Positions 28,069 through 32,000 of a stretch of DNA of 32,000 nucleotides are shown piece by piece. The DNA comes from Propionibacteriaceae bacterium (GTDB taxonomy: Bacteria; Actinomycetota; Actinomycetes; Propionibacteriales; Propionibacteriaceae). Numbering within the stretch: position 1 is the first letter of the stretch; every line of letters starts with the position of its first letter. Both the position numbers and the translations under genes were made by a program. The DNA is taken from assembly GCA_031256725.1 (NCBI GenBank), contig JAIRQE010000018.1:60001-92000 (forward strand), written 5' to 3'. The notes beneath the pieces were generated by a model, which was given only the letters and a program-made list of their open reading frames with translations, was not told the DNA's origin and searched no databases.

Positions 28069-29241
28069 ATGTCGGTTATGACTCCCATTGTTAACACCCA
28101 TGTTCATGTGCCGCCGAATTTCTCTGCCTTCACCACTGCGCGTCAGGTTGTCGAGGCTGCACAGGCTGAAGGAGTCTCAATATTAGGGCTCTCCAATTTC
28201 TTTGATCAACAGGTCTATTCACAGATGGGCCAGATGATCACCGAGGCCGGAATCCTTCCCCTGTTTGGATTAGAGTTCATCACCGTCGTACCCGATCTAG
28301 AAGCCCAGGGAATTAGGATCAATGACCCGGCAAACCCGGGAAGGATGTACCTCACAGGCAAGGGGATCGACCCCTGCCGTACTCCGACGACCGGGGCTGC
28401 CCAGATTGCGGCAGAAATCCGTCGCGGCAATGATGACAGAGCCGAGAAGATGGTTGCCCGTGTGGCAGAACACTTCTTCAACACAGGATTCGACACAGGT
28501 CTGGATGCGGAAACAATCATCGCCCAGGTCGCCACACGAAGCGAGGTACCCACCACCTGGGTTTCCCTCCAGGAACGCCATATCGCCCAAGCCTTCCAAG
28601 AGGCAGTCTTTGGATTCACCGGCGAAAAGAGAACTCATGTTCTCACTCAAGCCTACGGATGCCCTCCCCATGAACGTGAGGACCCAGTCGCCGTCCAAGC
28701 GGAGATTCGCTCGCGGCTGTTGAAGTCTGGTACCCCTGGATTCGTCCCCGAAGCTGGTCTCAGTTTCGAGGATGCCTACACCTATATCCTCGATATGGGT
28801 GGTATTCCCTGCTACCCAATCCTTGCCGACGGATCTGATCCCATCTGTCCCTTTGAGGCCTCGCCCTCCAAGTTGGTCGACCAAATCCTTGACCGTGGGA
28901 TCTACGCAGCTGAACTGATTCCCATCCGCAACCACTCAGCTCTTGTTGATGAGTACGTCCATGTCCTCAGATCAGCAGGACTCATCGTCATGGCGGGTAC
29001 GGAGCACAACACATTAGACCGAATCCCCATTGATCCATCCTGCGTAGATGGCCCCATGAGTATCACGGCTCGCCAAGGGTTCTTTGAAGGTACCTGTGTG
29101 GTTGCTGCCCATGCCGACTTGATCTCAAGGAACCAGCCTGGCTATGTGGATTCGTCAGGCGCACGTGTCGGCGAGGTATCTACCCTTGCGGGGCACGGTA
29201 AAACAATGGTGCAAGTACTGTCCTATCCAGGCCGTACCTGA
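28069..29241 (+). CDS. PHP/amidohydrolase-like metal-dependent hydrolase, function unknown
   Basis: 390 aa. The N-terminal NTHVHVPPNFSAF (HxH metal motif), GLEF and the C-terminal AGTEHN resemble PHP-domain motif order. The Shine-Dalgarno is weak. I recognise no specific family. Confidence 0.6.
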   Translation: MSVMTPIVNTHVHVPPNFSAFTTARQVVEAAQAEGVSILGLSNFFDQQVYSQMGQMITEAGILPLFGLEFITVVPDLEAQGIRINDPANPGRMYLTGKGIDPCRTPTTGAAQIAAEIRRGNDDRAEKMVARVAEHFFNTGFDTGLDAETIIAQVATRSEVPTTWVSLQERHIAQAFQEAVFGFTGEKRTHVLTQAYGCPPHEREDPVAVQAEIRSRLLKSGTPGFVPEAGLSFEDAYTYILDMGGIPCYPILADGSDPICPFEASPSKLVDQILDRGIYAAELIPIRNHSALVDEYVHVLRSAGLIVMAGTEHNTLDRIPIDPSCVDGPMSITARQGFFEGTCVVAAHADLISRNQPGYVDSSGARVGEVSTLAGHGKTMVQVLSYPGRT

Positions 29242-29284
29242 AAGAATGGGTGACGAGTTATGAGGAAAGAAAGAAGCTCCAGCA

Positions 29285-30532
29285 ATGCCTGTACGTCCTA
29301 AAAAGGTGGATGATGAAAACCGTCGCATCACGGAGGCTATTCACATCGCAGCGCCACTATTACGAGGGCTGCTCGGGACTAACTCCAGTCTCGCAGTGGT
29401 GACCTCCGATTCTTCAGCATTGGTACGTACCGAGACCCACAGGGATAAGCCGATCATGTCTTTGGGGAGTCATGCATGCGTGGTGGAACCTCAGTACGCT
29501 TCCTTGGTTGACCAAGTCACTTCTGCTGTTGCTCAGTACAAGAAGACCTGGAACCGTGATCCCAGGATCATTGTTCTTCCAGGCAAGGTGGTCTTTGCGG
29601 CGGGTCCCGATTATCGAAGCGCACGCAAATCCCTGGATCACTTCATTGATGCTCTGCAAAGCGGATCTGCTGACCCCCACACAGATGAGGAGGCTGAACC
29701 TCCAAGGGGGCGGATGCATTCGCGGGTTGTCATGGTGACTGGTGCTGCTCAAGGATTCGGTTTGGGGATAGCCCAAGGTCTCGTCGATGAGGGGGCCCAC
29801 GTCGTACTTGCTGATCTCAACCTTGAACTAGCAACCAAGGAAGCTGAGTCCTTGCAGACCAAATTTGGCCCAGGGCGAGCGATGGCTGTTCGTATCAACG
29901 TCGCCGACGAGGATTCCCAGAAGCAGGCTTTAGAACAGGTACTCTCCGTCTATGGTGGCCTGGATCTGTTCGTCTCTAATGCCGGTATTGCCCGCGCAGG
30001 ATCGATCACCGAACAGAGGATGGAGGACTTCGACCTCGTCACCTCTATCAATTACAGGGGATACTTTCTGGGAGTACGTACGGTCGCCCCAATTATGATC
30101 GCCCAACATGAGGTACGCCCCGATCTTCTCTTCGACATCATCGAGATCAACTCCAAATCCGGTTTGGAGGGCTCGAAACGCAACTTTGCCTATGCCGGAA
30201 GTAAGTTCGGAGGGATCGGGTTAACCCAGTCTTTTGCCCTAGAACTGATTGATGTGGGTATCAAGGTCAATTCGATTTGCCCAGGGAACTATCTGGATGG
30301 ACCCCTGTGGTCGGACCCCGAGAACGGTCTCTTCGTTCAGTACCTGCGCGCAGGAAAGGTACCAGGAGCCTCAACTGTGGCCGATGTTCGAGCTTCCTAC
30401 GAGGCCAAGGTACCAATACATCGCGGATGCCTACCCGCTGACGTGGTCAGGGCTGTGCTCTATCTTGTTGAGCAACAATATGAGACGGGTCAGGCATTAC
30501 CGGTTACTGGCGGTCAAGTCATGGTGAACTGA
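29285..30532 (+). CDS. SDR oxidoreductase (sorbitol-6-P dehydrogenase / RhaW-like) with a 150-aa N-terminal extension
   Basis: TGAAQGFG (TGxxxGxG) begins at aa 153. NAG is present, and the catalytic YAGSK. The C-terminal half (INSKSG..GSK.N..Y..SKFGG.GLTQS.ALEL....I.VNS..PGN......KVP..RGC...DV......Y.TGQ...VTGGQVM) closely parallels SrlD-type SDRs. Confidence 0.88.
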   Translation: MPVRPKKVDDENRRITEAIHIAAPLLRGLLGTNSSLAVVTSDSSALVRTETHRDKPIMSLGSHACVVEPQYASLVDQVTSAVAQYKKTWNRDPRIIVLPGKVVFAAGPDYRSARKSLDHFIDALQSGSADPHTDEEAEPPRGRMHSRVVMVTGAAQGFGLGIAQGLVDEGAHVVLADLNLELATKEAESLQTKFGPGRAMAVRINVADEDSQKQALEQVLSVYGGLDLFVSNAGIARAGSITEQRMEDFDLVTSINYRGYFLGVRTVAPIMIAQHEVRPDLLFDIIEINSKSGLEGSKRNFAYAGSKFGGIGLTQSFALELIDVGIKVNSICPGNYLDGPLWSDPENGLFVQYLRAGKVPGASTVADVRASYEAKVPIHRGCLPADVVRAVLYLVEQQYETGQALPVTGGQVMVN

Positions 30533-30557
30533 TTGAATGGTTGAATAAGGATTAAGA

Positions 30558-32000
30558 ATGAACTTACAAGCAATGGAACCCACAGTGACACAATATGCAA
30601 TCCAGATCACGGCCAAGGACCACGTTGAGATTAACCCTGAGATGCCGATTCCTGACGTGGGGCCTACGCAGATTCTGTTAAAGATTGAGGCCTGTGGGAT
30701 CTGCTTCTCAGATACGAAGCTGATGCATGCCTTCGAGAATCATCCACGCAAGACACCCATTACTGGTGGGTTGACGGAGGCTGAACTTGCCGAGATTCTC
30801 ACCTATCGCCCAGGTGGGGAACCAGTGGTACCAGGTCATGAACCAGTGGCGAGGATCGCCCGCGTGGGGACCGAGGTTACTCGGTTTGAGGTGGGTCAGC
30901 GTGTCCTAGTTCAAACCGACTATCGACATATTCCAACTGTTGCTTCTAACGCAGCCTTTGGGTATGACTTCGATGGTGCCTTAGCCGAATATGCTCTCGT
31001 AGACGAGAGGATGGTGATTGATCCTCGAACTGATGAATCCCTGCTGATTCCCGTGACAGAAATCCCCTCCTCCTCGGCTGTGGCCCTGATTGAACCATGG
31101 GCCTGTGTTGAGACTGCTTACGCATGGCCAGAGCGCCAAGGGCCTCTCGTGGGTGGATCAGTCCTGGTTGTCACTGATGGTTGCTGCGTGCTTGAAGGGT
31201 TGGATGCCCTGATCGCTGGTTATGGGTCTCGTACAGATGTGGTCGACCTAGCCGAGATCAAGGAAGGATCGATCTTCGACGACATCATCTACGTGGGTGC
31301 GGATGCGGATGTTCTGGAGAAACTGGGGCCACACCTTGCCAACAGGGGGATCATGAACATCATCACCTGTGGTCGTGAATTTGAGCGTCCGGTGAACATT
31401 GATGTCGGCAGGATCCATTACGACCTGATTCGCTATGTGGGTACCACTGGTTGCAATCCGTATGACGGGTACTCCTGGATCCCCGAAACCTGCGAACTTC
31501 GTCACAATGAATCCATTGCCATCATCGGGGCTGCTGGTCCCATGGGATTGATGCATACCGTTCGGGCAGCAACCATGGGGATCGAGGGTATCACCATTGA
31601 TGCAGTCGATGTCAGTGATGAGCGCCTCAAGCGGCTGGAGGAGGTACTAGCCCCCATTGCGGCCAAGGCCGGGGTAGCATCACGTGTACTCAACTCCACA
31701 GCAACCCCCTTAGTGGAGAACTCCTATTCCTATGTTGCACTCATGGTGCCTGCGACCCCTCTTATCACCCAAGCGGTGTCCTTAGCCAGTGAGGGCGCGA
31801 TCATTAACGCCTTTGCTGGCTTCGCAATTGGTACCACTGCCGCGATGGATATGAATGCCATGATAGCCAAGAGGCTGTATGCCGTTGGTACCTCTGGGTC
31901 CCGGGTCCAAGATATGGTGACTATGGTGAGGCGACTGGAGGCTGGTCAGGTCGATACAAACATCTCCCTGGATGCCATCACGGGTATTGCTGGTGTACTA
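30558..32000 (+). CDS. Atypical medium-chain (Zn-type) dehydrogenase/reductase, 3' end cut by window edge
   Basis: This ORF is not in the track because it has no stop. I read it by hand from ATG 30558 (AAGGA 6 nt upstream) to base 32000, which gives 481 codons with no stop. It has the GroES-like N-domain motifs EACGICFSD and PGHEPV, and the GxGxxG motif IIGAAGPMG only at aa ~322 (31521-31547). Confidence 0.85.
   Translation, partial: MNLQAMEPTVTQYAIQITAKDHVEINPEMPIPDVGPTQILLKIEACGICFSDTKLMHAFENHPRKTPITGGLTEAELAEILTYRPGGEPVVPGHEPVARIARVGTEVTRFEVGQRVLVQTDYRHIPTVASNAAFGYDFDGALAEYALVDERMVIDPRTDESLLIPVTEIPSSSAVALIEPWACVETAYAWPERQGPLVGGSVLVVTDGCCVLEGLDALIAGYGSRTDVVDLAEIKEGSIFDDIIYVGADADVLEKLGPHLANRGIMNIITCGREFERPVNIDVGRIHYDLIRYVGTTGCNPYDGYSWIPETCELRHNESIAIIGAAGPMGLMHTVRAATMGIEGITIDAVDVSDERLKRLEEVLAPIAAKAGVASRVLNSTATPLVENSYSYVALMVPATPLITQAVSLASEGAIINAFAGFAIGTTAAMDMNAMIAKRLYAVGTSGSRVQDMVTMVRRLEAGQVDTNISLDAITGIAGVL

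Overview
This window is chromosomal DNA from a moderate-GC member of the Actinomycetota (about 50-55% GC judged by eye, not computed). Bases 1-23,969 are a conserved housekeeping block, almost all on the + strand with tiny or overlapping gene junctions. Its order is infB(5'-truncated)-rbfA-truB-ribF-rpsO-pnp-dapB-rnj-rpmB-recG, then one antiparallel PPOX-family gene, then rsmD-coaD-SepIVA-like-yceD-rpmF-rnc-gtrA-like-smc-ftsY-GNAT-rpe-thrC. From about 23.97 to 26.37 kb the character changes to an ORF-poor patch that looks more AT-rich. It holds a vapBC toxin-antitoxin module (RHH antitoxin, PIN toxin) behind a duplicated palindromic operator, an apparent DDE/rve transposase relic, and an orphan membrane-anchored protein. 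The right end carries rhamnulokinase (rhaB, - strand) divergent from a non-canonical three-gene operon. That operon encodes a PHP/amidohydrolase-like metal hydrolase. Its second gene is an SDR that resembles the C-terminal part of bifunctional rhamnulose-1-P aldolase/dehydrogenases but lacks the aldolase domain. Its third gene is an over-long MDR dehydrogenase with an extra degenerate Rossmann-like module, cut by the window end. The 224-bp divergent region contains two overlapping sigma-70-like promoters sharing one LacI/GalR-like palindrome. I saw no rRNA, tRNA, CRISPR array or intact mobile element. The best candidate for something undescribed is the rhaB-adjacent operon. All functional statements about it are motif-level inference that needs database and structure searches I cannot run.
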